Notes under the pieces: model-generated
Databases searched by the model: none
The model's input: the letters and a program-made list of their open reading frames with translations, nothing else
What the model was told of the DNA's origin: nothing
Source of the DNA: Camelus dromedarius
Lineage: Eukaryota
Assembly (NCBI RefSeq): GCF_036321535.1
Contig: NC_087472.1
Coordinates: forward strand, 99,388,001 to 99,452,000
Length of the DNA: 64,000 bases
Direction: 5' to 3'
Translations under genes and position numbers: made by a program
In this document: positions 37,181-49,942 of the stretch, piece after piece
Position numbering within the stretch: the first letter of the stretch is position 1
Layout: the number at the start of each line of letters is the position of its first letter

Positions 37181-38431
37181 ATAATAAATTATTCAAACTG
37201 CTGCAAGAAACTAGAAGTGTGAAAGGACCCACCTCGAATTCCCAGTTCACTTTTAAATCTTTGGTTTATTATATGTAATAACTGCCTGTGGATAGACTAA
37301 TCTCTGCTTGAAAGTGCAAAATGTTGCTTGTAACAATTTAGCTCCTAATGGGAAGGGACCCACATCACAGTCTGAAGATCCCTAATTAAAGCAAACCCAG
37401 CGATGAGATCTGAGGGCTGAATCGTGTCAGGAACAGGGGATTTGTCAATATATCTTAAAATGTATAGGATTTCTTTAAACTAGGAACACTTTATAGTTCT
37501 AAAGTCTATATATTGTTCACTTCCTCCACTCAATATTTCCATGCATATTTGGTTCTAGACTTTCACATAACGTTGGCATTTAAGAGAGATGAGTTTGTCG
37601 TGATTTTAGCAAACACAAATGTGTTTTATCCTAAGGTTTATGTTGTGCCTTGGTCCGGTGTCCAAGCCCAGCACATCCGCGAATATAATCCCACCCACAA
37701 CCTTTCTGGGGAATGTTATTCACTCCTCCTCGCCCTTGCAGCCAGGAAAGATTTCAGAGTATCCTTTTACACTTACGTGGAACTGCCTACCAAGATATTT
37801 TTATCGTATCCTCAAAACCACTCATCTCCTTTTCATTTGCCTTTCATACTTACAATAACGTCGACTCTTTCCTCTTTCTGAAAACAAGGAAGTTCCCTTG
37901 ATATTTGTGTATTTATTTTGCTAGGAAACAAATTGGAATTAAGCCCACGTTTCTATTCAGTGTCAATAGAGCTCATAAAGAGACCAGTTTCCCCCTCGGT
38001 TTAGGCCTCTTGGTCAAATTTACTCAGCTTCCCGGTCAGCAATCCATCCCACTCACAAGCGCTGGGCTTCTCCAGAGAATAAATAACCTAGGCCGGGAGC
38101 TCTGTGACTAATCGTGTTTGCCCAGCCCTCACCATTCCCTCATTAAACAGCTTTTAAAATTCAACTTCCTCTGTCTCCCAGTAAGCAACTGAAATACAGA
38201 GAATCTCCATCCCAAAGGCCAGTCTAAAATGGCAGCTCGGTCTTTGCCCTTTCCCGGGGGCTGGATGTGCAGGGTGTCCTCGCTCCGCGCTGGCCCAGCT
38301 GGACAGATGCCCTCCTGTCTGTCTCCATCAGTAGTGTCTACATTCGAATGCAAGCCCTCAGCCAGCAAGAACAGAGCCAAGTGAAGAGTTTCAATGCTCT
38401 CAAAAGTGATGAGGCCACTTGGGCGAGGCAC

Positions 38432-38655
38432 CTAGAGACAGAAAGTGGCAGGGTGGGTGCCAGGGGCTAGAAATAGGGCAAGTGGGGAGTTAGGGTTTAA
38501 GGAGGGCAGAGTTTCAGTTTGGGATGATGAAAAGGTTCTGGAGATGGTGATGATGGTTGCACGGCAACGTGAGTGTACTTAATGCCACAGAACTGTGCAC
38601 TTACAAATGGTAAAAATGGTAAACTTATGTATATTTTACAACAGTTTTTAATAAG
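38432..38655 (+). mobile_element. L1MB-like 3' end
   Basis: tagagacagaaagt...gagtttcagtttgggatgatgaaaaggttctggagatgg...aatgccacagaactgtgcactta. Confidence 0.85.
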
Positions 38656-40778
38656 CCAAGTCGATAGAAGGTAGAAAAGAAAAAAAAAAAGAAAAAGCAG
38701 TTTCTCTTCTGTAATTCAAACCCTCTTATCTCGATGCTGCCTCTTAACATTCCAGATGGGTGAGCGCTTAGATTTTCAGAGTTCCACACCGGGTCAGCTG
38801 GTGAAAGGGAGCTGTGAGGAGAGGGAGCGAAGGGAGAGGTGGATGTGAGCACCGCCCAGGAGAGCCTGCAAGGAAACGGCATAGAAACTGCACTTGGCTC
38901 CAAACTTCCCGCACGCTCGCTTTGCCACCGCTGGCTTCCTAAGTCCTTATTAGGCAGATGACCTTGTTTCTGTACTTCGTCTTGTTTGGGGGTGAGTGCC
39001 TCCCTCCCCAGCTCCAACAGACTTGATTCCATTCGCCCGACAGCCCTGGGTGAAGCATGCAGCACCCCCCCCCCAACTCCTGTCCAGCCCCGGGGATCCC
39101 GCCCCAGCGGTGCGCTCCCATAACCCAAATAGCAGGGGAGGCGGATGGGCCAGGTACATAGCAGTGCACATTCAACTCTGCATTTTTCTGAGCCTTCTCC
39201 CCAATTCCTAAGTAAAATTCCTAAAGTAAAAATGGAATTTTTGCTGGAAGAATTTTTAAGTCAAGCAAATCTGCCACATTCCTTAAACGACAGCTGCGGT
39301 AAGTACAGCTACTGTGTTGTTATGCAACATTCAGCCAATATTGGCACAACCGAGCACATGGATAAAACATGAAATGCTTTCCCTGTTTTCCATGTTTTGC
39401 CACAAAATTCTGTTCAGAAAAGTCTGTGACTCTTCACTGTCTGTCATTTCTGTGGGCTCATCCGGAAATTTAGGAAGTGCCCTTTCAGTTGAAATTCCTC
39501 CCCAGTGTAAGGAAAGTATTCGCTCCCGCCTTCAGTAACACGTTCTTTTCTTACCTGAACTAACGTTTACCTGCATATACTGAAATGGCAACAACAGCTA
39601 TTTGTATTTTGCACTTTCAAGGGGTACCATGAGAGAGTGACGACCCACTGATCTATTATAAAGACCAAATACTTCCAGTCAATTAACATTTTACAACTTC
39701 CCTGCTCTGTGGAAACAGTATTGGTAACACTTCTCTGTATTTGCAATCTGTTTAGATGTAACGTTAGTGGAAATTAACAGTAAAGTGTTACTTTAAGTGA
39801 ACTAAAACAACAAATTTTGAACCTGAAATTGTAACTTATGCCATATAAATCTGATATGTCAAAAAAGGAAGAAAATTCTCAGAAGACTACTCATGATATT
39901 ACATGAATAGCTCTAACTTAATTAGGCTTTCCTCGGCAATTGGAAAAACAAAATGTTTTGTTTCTAAGAAATCGACCTTTTAAATATTTAGAATGCTTCC
40001 TTCTGGGAGAAAATCTTAATTATTCTTTTAGTTATACGGTTATAACAAATGAAAGAAAAAACTAGTAAAGAGAGTTGAAAAGATTTTTCACATGAACAAC
40101 AAAATACGTACAATGTCAAGCCAAAATATTTTCCAAAGCCCGGTTCTAAAAAGTGAACTACACCTTTCAAGATCTCCAAGGATCATCCCAGACTGGATTT
40201 CATAAAAATAAGTACCATTTTGGCAAAAATGCTTATTCAACAATGGGATTGCCAAACCTAACCAATACCCATTCACTCTAACAAAATTTTAGCACAGTCA
40301 TATTAATATTTAAATGGTTCTTGCGAATTCCAACAGTGTGTGATAAATATAAAACAATAAGGAGCAATTATATAAAGCAATTTAATAGACTAGATGTGTT
40401 GCTGCAAAGAGGTAACTTAAATGTTTGTAAGATTAAATTGTGTTTTTAAGACTTAACAATTCTCCATCTAAAGGAGAACGTTGGTAAACTTCCTGTTAAA
40501 TGAAGCATTTTTAAAAGAAAATCATCAACCCCAGATGTACGTGCTTTTTAAATGTATCATTTCAGACATCAGGTTTTTGTAAAGGGGAGATTCTCCCGAT
40601 AATACAACCCTCAACCTTTAAGACAGCCCCCCTAAGAAAGAGTTATTATCCCTCTTGAACAACTACTAAAAATGCAGAGCACCCACGCCGTGGAGAATCA
40701 CACATACATAGGCAACTGTATGTGGTCCAGTAGTTTTTAAGTCAGACTGAAGCAAAAGACTGAAAATAACTTAAATGG

Positions 40779-40889
40779 ATTAGTGAATCACTATGCTGTA
40801 CACTAGAAACGAACACAACATTGTAAATCGACAATACTTCAATTAAAAATAAAGAAATAAAAGTATGCAGTAAAAACCATTTCTTTAAA
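40779..40889 (+). mobile_element. Extremely 5'-truncated L1 terminus with a short 3' extension
   Basis: tgaatcactatgctgtacactagaaac...aacattgtaaatcgac...aattaaaaa; perfect 17-bp TSD gaaaataacttaaatgg. Confidence 0.8.
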
Positions 40890-40906
40890 GAAAATAACTT
40901 AAATGG

Positions 40907-41290
40907 CCACGAATAGGAGTGCTAGTTACAAAAACTATGGTATGTCCCTACAATGGAATCCTGTCCACCTATAAAAACTGAGCGAGGATGCTCTCTATGT
41001 ACATGTATTAGAAGTCCTCCAAACTATAGTGTAAAGGGGGAAAAAGCAAGATGCAGGACGCTGGGTATAGAAGTTTATCCTTTGTGTAAAAGGGATGAGG
41101 GAAAGAACAGAAATCTGTATTTGCTTATATATGCATTTTTTAAATCCCTGGAATAATTCAGAAGCAATTAACAACTGAAGTGGCCCCTGAAAGGAGGTGA
41201 ATGGGCAGACAAGGAATTGGTTAGGAGAGAGGCTTTTCACCACACATCATTTTATACTTTCTGATTTTTGAAACATGGAAATGCATTACT
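40907..41290 (+). mobile_element. L1ME/MC-like 3' fragment
   Basis: aaactatggtat...caatggaat...gaggcttttcac...tttttgaaacatggaaatgcattac. Confidence 0.55.
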
Positions 41291-42479
41291 GTTCCACACT
41301 TTGAGAAGCACTGCCCTACATCATCTTTGCCTCTGGCCTCTCCTTTTCCTCTGCAGCCAATCTCAGTACCGTCTTATCTTCCTTTAACTCTTCTCCAAGG
41401 GACTTCCTGTCTGTTCTCAGTGTTGACATTCCAGTGTAGGTCCTTATTTTATCAAGACCTAGATTAAGGATACTTATTACATAGACAAAAAAGGGCGGGA
41501 CCTATTGTCAACTTCCTTTATTAGCCGTCTACACTGATGAAAACCACCGGGTAATTATTGTACTTTAATTGTCTGCAAGTGCCACACGGAGGGCTTGACG
41601 TGAGTTCAAACAGTGGAAGAACTGTTGCAGTTCTTTGCCAATGATCCACATGCCAACTATTCTTTTCTCAAAAAAACATGGACGGATCATCTAGTTCAGT
41701 AGTATTCACGGGGTAGTAGCACTGTGGTGCAAGGGAACAGCTCTCATAGCTGGGTGGGGTAGGTCACCGATCTCCTCCAAGCCTTTCATTTGATAGCAGA
41801 GGAAACTGTGACCCCACTCACAGGCACGTGCCTGAGAGTGTTGATGCATAGCTCCTTGTCCTGGGAGCATCCCAGCCTGGGATCTGGGGCGAGGACTCCA
41901 GGTTTGAGCCTTTCGCAGCCCAAGAATTTCAGCAGCAGTCAGTTCAGCAACTCCAGCTCCACCTCCTGCTTTCCATGCTCCTCGCGCCCAAAACAATGAA
42001 GCTAACACTTATTGAGACCCTAGCGTGTCTGAGACAACATGCCGGGGCTAGCATATACCACCTCTATCTCCTTTACACACCTCACCAAGACCAGTGTCAG
42101 GGCTAAGGTGAGGCCAGAAGAGTACCTGATCCCAACCCTGACCAGGAACACCACCCTCAGGGTGGGAACAGCCGTCCCCTGGGGATGCCCTCATCCTATC
42201 ATCCCTGACAAAGTCAAATCATCTCAAGTGACACTGTGTGTGTGATTATGGCAGAGCAGTGTGCCTAGAGAAGTGATGCTGTTGTGCAACAACAGTCAAG
42301 GAGAAGTTACCCTTAGGTTTAAAGAATCACAAGCTTCTTTGTAAAACAGAGGGTGATGGCAGTCACCCAGAAAAGCCATGTGTTAGCCTCATCATGTCCT
42401 CCACCCCGTCCTTAAAGGTCACTTGGGAGTGGAGGCTTCTTTCTACATGAGATGTCTCTTCCTCAAGGAACTGGGGTCT

Positions 42480-42602
42480 GGGGAGGGGGTGTAGCTCAGG
42501 GGTAGAGCACGTGCCTAGCATGCACGAGATCCTGGGTTCAATCCCCAGTACTTCCATTAAATAAATAAATAAACAAACTTAATTACCACCCTACCCCCCA
42601 AA
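42480..42602 (+). mobile_element. Camelid tRNA-derived SINE (Vic-1-like)
   Basis: gtagctcaggggtagagcacgtgcctagcatgcacgagatcctgggttcaatccccagtac (A/B boxes) + taaa tail + taattacc; degenerate TSD aaggaa.t.g.gtct. Confidence 0.9.
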
Positions 42603-42696
42603 TCTTCCTCAAAAGGAAATAGTGTCTCTTTCCAATGGGAAGATGTCTTGTTCCTTTGACAGAGTGGCTTCCTCCAGGCAGTTCTTTTGTCTAGAA

Positions 42697-42895
42697 CTGT
42701 GCCATCCAGTATGATAGCCACTAGCCACATGTGGCTATTTCACATTAAAGTTAAATCAATTAAACAATAAAACTAAAAATTCCATTCCTCGGTCTCGCCA
42801 GTGCTCGAGAGCAACTTGCGCCTCGTGGCTACAGTATTTGACAGCACAGATATAAACATTTCCATCACTGCAGAAAGTTCTGTTGGATCATGCCG
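42697..42895. mobile_element. MER3-like hAT-Charlie MITE
   Basis: tagccactagccacatgtggctatt...catttccatcactgcagaaagttct; 8-bp TSD gtctagaa/gtgtagaa. Confidence 0.8.
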
Positions 42896-43078
42896 GTGTA
42901 GAAGCTTTTCCTAAACTTGATTTATTCAGAATCTTCTCAAAGTCACCTAGAAAGAAAAAAAAAAAAAACATTTCTTCCTTAAGTATACAGAATATGATTT
43001 TTGCCTTTAGTGTCATCCTTTAGTTCCTCTATGACTTTTAACTGCCTGAATTCACTTTAAAAATAAGTTCATCTATAC

Positions 43079-43670
43079 CAGCTCTTCTCAAAGTGGAGCC
43101 CAGACATCCCTAAGGGTCCCTGAGACCCTTTCGTGGGGTGTGCAAGGTCAAAACTATTTTCATAGTAATACTAAGACACCTATCTTTTTCATTTTCATTC
43201 CCTCCAAATGTGCAGTGGAGTTTTCCAGAAGCTTCATGATGTGTGATACCACAGAAGCAGACATAGTAATCCCTGACTCTTCTATTAAGTCAGACCTTAA
43301 AGAGATTTGTAAAAACAATGCTACTTTCTCACTAGGTGTTTTTTGTTTTGGAAAATAGTTGCTTTTTTTTTTTTAATGTTATTTCTGTTAACATGTAGTG
43401 GTTTGCTAGTGTTATCTTATATGAATTAATACATAATTTTAAATATCTGTTGTAATATCTTATATGGTAAATGTTGATAGTTATAACCCCTGTAAACCAT
43501 AGCTGTTTGGGGGCTTCAATTATTTTTTTGGGAGGTTCTGGGGATTGAACCTAGGACCTCATGCATGCTAAGCACACACTCTACCACTGGGCTAGACCCC
43601 CTCATTTTTTGCCTCAGTTATTTTTAAGACTGTAAAGGGGTCCTGAGATGAAAAAGTCTGAGCACCGCTG
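43079..43670 (+). mobile_element. hAT-Charlie element (MER119-like)
   Basis: ttctcaaagtg...gagaccctt...ggtcaaaactattttcatagtaatactaagac...aaggggtcctgag...gagcaccgctg. Confidence 0.75.
43523..43603 (-). mobile_element. Camelid tRNA-derived SINE, short form
   Basis: ctggggattgaacctaggacctcatgcatgctaagcacacactctaccact; TSD gc(t/c)tca(a/g)ttattttt. Confidence 0.85.
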
Positions 43671-44225
43671 AGCTATGTTATCAATGTTAATGATATCATT
43701 GCTTATTTTTGTTTTCATTTTGGTTTTTGACGTATACCCATCACTCGATAAGAAAGACTGGTCTCAGCCCAGCTTCTCCCATTGTTCTCAGCTTGTTTGC
43801 CGCAGCATTAAGGAAGCAATCATCTCAAGTCCCTTGTAGAATGAAACTGACGTGAATAGGAGAACAAGGGCTCTGTTGTCTCACTTGTAGATTAACAAAA
43901 TGAACATCTTTCCAGGAAGCAGAGCAGCAGGCAATGAGAATGAGCCGCAGAAATGTCCTTCCCACCCCCTAGTCCTTTTCTTTCCCAAGCCGCCCTTGCC
44001 CTCTTGACCTAAGAGAGGAGCTAGAAAAAACTCCAAAGCTTGAGGGAAAAAAAGCCAAACCAAGGGGTGTGATGCCGAAGCAACACTGGGCTGAGCAAAG
44101 TTGGCATTCAGATCAGTGGCTGCTAATAAGATTGGTATTAAACTATTAAGAATTTAATTAAGGAGTGGGGAAATACACACTTGTGTATTTTAGAAGTCAG
44201 TTCTTTTTTTAATAGAAAGTCTAAA

Positions 44226-44431
44226 TCACGGACATAGAAAACAAACTGTGGTTACCAGGGGGGCGAGAGGGGGATAGATTGGAAGTTTAAGATTGACTGA
44301 TACACATTACCATATGTGAAGTGGAGAAGCAGCAAGGACCTACTGTAGAGCACAGGGAACTATATTCAATTTCTTGTAATGAGCCGTAATGGAAAAGAAA
44401 TTGAAAATATATGTATGTATGTACGTAAAAA
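44226..44431 (+). mobile_element. L1 3'UTR fragment with TSD
   Basis: gacatagaaaacaaact...ggacctactgtagagcacagggaactatattcaat; TSD aaagtctaaa at 44216-44225/44432-44441. Confidence 0.8.
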
Positions 44432-44904
44432 AAAGTCTAAAGAAGTATCTGTTTCACATTGTTTGAGCTTCGTGAATTAATTTTTTTTGCTGAAGAGTCA
44501 GAATCATACAAGAGGAAGCCATGTGTAAATAGATCTAAACTGCTCTGTTCTTGTGAATGTCGGGAGTCAGGAACTGAGGAGAGGTAAGACCTCCTTAGGA
44601 AAAAATAGTATCTGAACAGATACTAAAACTGAAGCACATAACAAAGTTATTAATATTGATGACATAGAAAAGAGAGATCTAGAGCCTGGAACCTAGGATG
44701 CTGCTCTGGGGGAAATTATCAAAAGGTTGTATAAAGTTATATTCTTTTCTGCTTGTTTTTCTCTTTTGAGTGGGAGTAAGAAAAGGAACAAAGGAAGCGG
44801 GGAGGTGGGAGGGATATTCTCCCAATAAACAAGCTTCTCTGAAGTCCTTAGCTTTGCCTCTTCCTCCTCCTCCTCCCTCCCTTCACCCACTCTCACCCCC
44901 TCAA

Positions 44905-45100
44905 ATAATAACAACAATAACAAAGTGGATCCCATGTATCCACGCCTTGAATGAGCCCAGTGCTGTTCTAAACACTTTCCGTGTAGCAACTCCTTTAGTC
45001 CCACAAGCCTACGAGGTGGGTCCTCTCGCCAGTCCTCACTTGACTGATGAAGCCACTGCGGCACACAAAGGTGAGACAATTGTCCTGATCCTAAGGGTTC
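44905..45100 (-). mobile_element. MIR SINE
   Basis: aataataacaacaataa...gtgctgttctaaacacttt...gatgaagccactgcggcacacaaag. Confidence 0.6.
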
Positions 45101-45244
45101 TGAGGCTGGGGGGTGGGGAGAGTGGGGGAGGAGGGGGAGGAGAAGCATGGGTCCTGGTGGAAAAGGTAACAGTTGAAGTTTCTGATAAGAAAAATGTGCC
45201 ATTTGCACCTAAGATTTTGTCCTTCTTTGAAGATTACTCTCTAG

Positions 45245-46135
45245 TATGTTTTTAAAAATGATTATTGGAAAATCATTTAACATTTATACTATTTAACGTT
45301 TTGGTATAGGAGTCTATATAAATACATGATTGCTTTCAGTTGCTGATCTCTTCATTGCAAATGCATTTTAAATACCCTGCTTTGTACTCTCCACCCCTCA
45401 CAATTACTCTCTTTGATATCATATTTTACATCTAATTGCTTGGTGTGTCTTTCAACTGCTTATTATGGATACAGGTGATTTTACTGCTTTTGTCTTGTAA
45501 CTTACCTGTTAGTCTGTGAGTAGATGATTTCCTACTTTTACTGTATGTTTGCCTTTATGGGGGGGGGGCTTTTCCATTTTGTACTTTTCTTGTTTCTAGT
45601 TGTGGCCTTTTCTTTTCTACCTAGAGAAGTTCCTTTAGCACTTGTTGTAAAGCTGGTTTGGTGGTGCTGAATTCTTTTAGCTTTTGTTTCACTGTAAAGC
45701 TTTTGATTTCTCCTTCAAATGGGAACGAGAGCCTTGCTCGGTACAGTATTCTTGGTTGTAGGTTTTTCTCCTTCATCACATTAAACATATCGTGCCACTC
45801 CCTTCTGGCCTGCAGGTTCTGCTGAAAAGTCAGCTGGCAGGCTTAGGGGAGTTCCCTTGGATGTTATTTGTTGCTTTTTCCTTGTTGCTTTTAATATTCT
45901 CTCTTTATCTTTAATTTTTGTCATTTTAATTATAATGTCTAGGTGTATTCCTCTTAGGGTTGATCCTGTATGAGACTGTGCTTCCTGGGCTTGGGTGACC
46001 GTTTCTTTCCCAAGTTAGTGAACTGTTCAGATATTATGTCTTCAAGTATTTTCTCAGACCCCTTCTGTTCCTCTTCTCTTTCTGGGACCCCGATAATGCC
46101 AATATCAGTATGCTTGATGTTGTCCCATATACTAT
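45245..46135 (-). mobile_element. L1 ORF1/inter-ORF fragment
   Basis: Peptide WDNIKHTDIGIIGVPEREEEQKGSEKILEDIISEQFTNLGK matches L1 ORF1p. Confidence 0.85.
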
Positions 46136-46554
46136 TTAATGTCTTCATAGAAAAGATCTAAATAAAGAGGAAAGAGAATGATATTTTTTTTCTCTTTACT
46201 ACCTACATTTAAGAAGAGCCTAACTGCTGATACTCAGCTGCTGCTTCTGTAAAATGGGGATAAAATACCAACTTCTTAAGTTTTCTAGAAGGATTCAATG
46301 ACAAAAGTACGTACAGTACCTAATGCCTCCTGAAACACAGTAGGTGATTCATAAGTGGCAGCTGTAACAATGGTTTCTCCACCTCCCACCCCTGCCATTT
46401 CTGTGCTTTACTTTCTCCTCTGAGTCGATTCCATCCAAGGCAGACAGGCTCACTTCTTGTGGCAGCAAGATGGCTGCCAGCAGGTTCAAGTGTGTACCCT
46501 GTCTCCTCAGCAACTTCAACAGGAAAAGAAACGTTACAACCAAATGTCAAGAAC

Positions 46555-47033
46555 TGTGAATGATCTGAGACTTTACCCTCTTTGCAGGCTAACACTTTAT
46601 CCTGCCTAGCTTCGCGGATGCTGGGAGAAGGCACAAGACTCCTAGGTTAGAGATAAAGGATAGTTTATTATTCATAGCAGTAGCAGTAGCTAGAGTATCA
46701 GCATTTTTGTGCTGGCTCCCCAGACCCAGTTCCCACAGGATAATACAAAGAGTGCCAGGTGACACTTGTACGCAGGGGATTGCATTACAGGAGAGGAACT
46801 TTAGGCTTGATGAACCTGAATCTTTCATAATGGTCTGGAGAGAACTGTTATCTTTATTATGCTGGACAGTAAGCCTGCTTGTCCTTTGCTCTGGAGGGAC
46901 AGTATCTCAATCTTCCAAGATTGTTGGCTACATAAGCGTCCTTGAAAAGATAGTCTGGAACAGAGGGCATTCAGTGCCTGACTTGCAAGATGTGCAGAAA
47001 TATGAGAGACCCATGGAGAACTATCTCCCAACA
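46555..47033 (-). mobile_element. ERV1 solo LTR (MER89/MER90-like) inserted in an MLT1K-like LTR (46390-47220)
   Basis: Reverse complement starts tgttgggagatagttctccatgggtctctcatatttctgcacatcttgcaag; TG...CA ends. Confidence 0.75.
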
Positions 47034-47745
47034 CAGAATTCCAGAATTGAGTTTCATTGTTTTGCCTTGGGTCACACGCTCATTGCTGAATCGACAGCTA
47101 CAGTGAGGAGGAAGGATTGCATTGACTGACCGGTCCTGAGCCGTATCCCAAAACTGGGTAGAGGGCTTGGCCCCAAGGCAAAAAATAGACAGTAGCTCCA
47201 CACCTTCCATTTCCAAATATGACGGGTAATGGCAACTGTCAGTCTATGGCTGCAAATCTGAAAATGCCTCTCGCCTCATACAGAAAGTTTCTATGTTGGC
47301 ACTAGCCGCACAATATTGTAGCATGTTATTGATGTACATCGACTATAACGAAGCGTGGTACCATAGTAATTCCCCCAAAAATAGTTAAGACTAAATACTA
47401 TGAGATGACACTTTGAAGGCACTACTCAGTAAGAGTTTCTCAAGATAGTCTTTCTAAGAAAAATATTTAACTATAAGCATTTGATAAAAGTTAAATTGAT
47501 AAATTGCTGACTTTATGTTTTAGCTCATCACATTATTTATTCCTTTACAACTTAATAGTTTAGGTAAGTTCTCTCTTTGAAGGTCCCAAAGTAGTGATGA
47601 CAGTCACTATGTTGCTCACCCCATTACCAAGGTCTATTTGTTTAATGATCTCTTTGAATTTGCCGGGGTAACCATCAAACAAAGCCTGGATGGTCATAAG
47701 CCTGGCAAGGATGTTATGAATTGGGTAAGAGATTATGATAGATAT

Positions 47746-48040
47746 ATTTCCCAAACTGTGTGGAACCTCTGATTATCTCAAAATCATATTAACATGTTTT
47801 TGTAAAGAAAAACAAACAAAAAAACAAAAAAACAAATTTCATGACCAAATTTAAGACTCATACTACAAAGTTAAACAGGTTTCTTTACTGCAGGACTTCT
47901 CAGGGCCTTTAAAGTATAACATGCACTATGAATCTCCACAAGAGAGACATAGAATACAAAATTCCTCATACTTTTTTAACCTCCAAACAAGTTTTTTTTT
48001 TCACAGAAAACTTAAAAATAATTCAACTGAAACACTGTAA
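47746..48040. mobile_element. MER103C-like hAT-Charlie MITE
   Basis: aaagttaaacaggtttctttactgcaggacttctcagggccttt...tgaatctcc. Confidence 0.7.
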
Positions 48041-48959
48041 AAGATAAACATTAACAATCCTTACCAAATCAGAGATTTCATAATTCCATTACTGTATCCT
48101 CCACTGAAGACCTAAAAGAAACGTGACCAGTGATTTCTACATTTTGACATAATTCAGTGACAGTGTCTACAGGACTAAAACTTCCCCAGTAGATTACACA
48201 ATTCTTCAACAAATTACTGAAATTTTAGTTCAGCTCCAAGTTCTTTTACTGTAACAGAGCATTTAGGGTTTCAAGATGTCTAACTAAATGTGTCAAAATT
48301 AAACATGATTATTACAGACCAAGAGAGACAAAATAAAGTCAAAACTATCTAAACACTGGCATTTTCTTCAGGCTAAAATACACTTTTTACAGAGTGTGCA
48401 GCCATAAAACTAGCATTTATGTCAAGCCAGGATTAGTATTATCATATTGTAGATACACTGAGATGCTTTTAGCAATTTTGAAAGGCAGTTTCATATTCCC
48501 AACTGTAATAGAGTGCCTGAGAAATCACACCCATCTTGCTAAAACCAGTGTAATTATGAGAGTACAAACAACTAAATATCTTTGACACAGCCCTTTGGCT
48601 GTCTTGTAATACTGAGACATTCAGTTAATGCAGTCTGCTGCTCTGAAGAAATGTGAAATCTGCCCTTCCATTCTAGTTTGAAACAAAAATTGCTGGCATA
48701 AAATTGAGAAGTAAATGAACCAAGAAAGATGTCCATATTTTTTGTAATAGCCTTGCCCTGGAGAATAAATCCCCCACTGAAAAAGTAGTTAGCTATAGAA
48801 AATGAGCAAATCAGAGACTCTCAGAGGCAAGGGGAAAAAAGGACCTTAGAGATCATCTGATATTTCGTAGACCAAGTTGTGCGATTTATTTTTTGAAAGC
48901 AATAAGTATGGTAATGGGGAAAAGATGCCTCAAGGTGGATAATGTCTTATTACACTTTT

Positions 48960-49375
48960 TATTTCACGTTACTTGCCCACGTGAGACTGCGCCGACAATT
49001 GCACATGCTCTCCCCAGACTTGGAGTTGGGAGCTAGCAAAACAAAGAAGCAGGGACAGTGGAGAATCCATTTTGGTGGTGGTGGCAACAGCATTGGCAGC
49101 CACATCTGGACTCCAGGGCAGAGGTGGCAGCATCCGCTGTCCAATGCCACTGGTATGGTGGTGACACAAGCTGTGGCATCCAGTGTTCACTGGAAGCAGG
49201 AGGAAGGTCACATGGAGGTATGATTTTGGGCTGTTTTGGCTGCATCAGCCAATGTTTGAGCGTGGGTCCAGCAGTCCTGAAGATATTTGTCAGCTACCCA
49301 AAATCTTTGCATGAAACCTTTTCCCACTTAAGTCAGAGTTTGGTTTATTCTTCCAGAGAAAGGGAATCTGGGAGA
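48960..49375 (+). mobile_element. ERVL LTR (LTR50/LTR67B-like)
   Basis: ggtggcagc-rich body and ccttttcccacttaagtcagagtttggttt terminus. Confidence 0.45.
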
Positions 49376-49942
49376 TAGTTTTACAGGTGGTCTCATCAAG
49401 GTGTGCTCGCCTGACGTATCCATGGCAGGCATCCTCTCTTGACACCAGCCTTCTGATCAGATTTCACACAGCCCTGTCTTTCTCGTTTGCTTTGCAAATA
49501 TTACCCAATCTTAGGAGTGCCATGCTGCATCTCATATTCTGACCACAGGAGAGAAGGCTAGAGAGGTCTTTGGAACCAGGCTTTAGAGGGTTATGAATGT
49601 CTGCATGGATTTTGAAAGCTTCTGAGCAGAGGGTTGGTATGATCATAGCTGCACTTTTATCAGCTGACGATGTATAGAATTAATTGAGAGGAGGAATCCA
49701 AAAAGGCCAGTTGGGAGGCCATCACAACAATACATGTAAAGTGCTGGAGGTCCGAACATGCTACCGCTGGAATAGTCTTCCCGCTCTCAGCTGAACAACT
49801 ATAATTGATCCTCCAAGTCTCAGCTCAGATACTAAATCACCCAGTAAGCCATCTCTGAATACCCAGCCAGGCCAGGTGCCTGTTCCTCTGCTGTCAGACA
49901 TTCAGGTTCATTCCTCTACATCAGCTCTTAATACATTGTCTT

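Noticed and set aside
40088..40278. Minus-strand ORF bracketed by AG...GT (NGYWLGLAIP...)
   Set aside because: Weak polypyrimidine tract, no recognisable protein and no partner exons.
42480..42560. tRNA genes (also 21900-21977, 43530-43603, 63130-63205)
   Set aside because: These are tRNA-like SINE heads with diverged stems, SINE tails and TSDs, not functional tRNAs.
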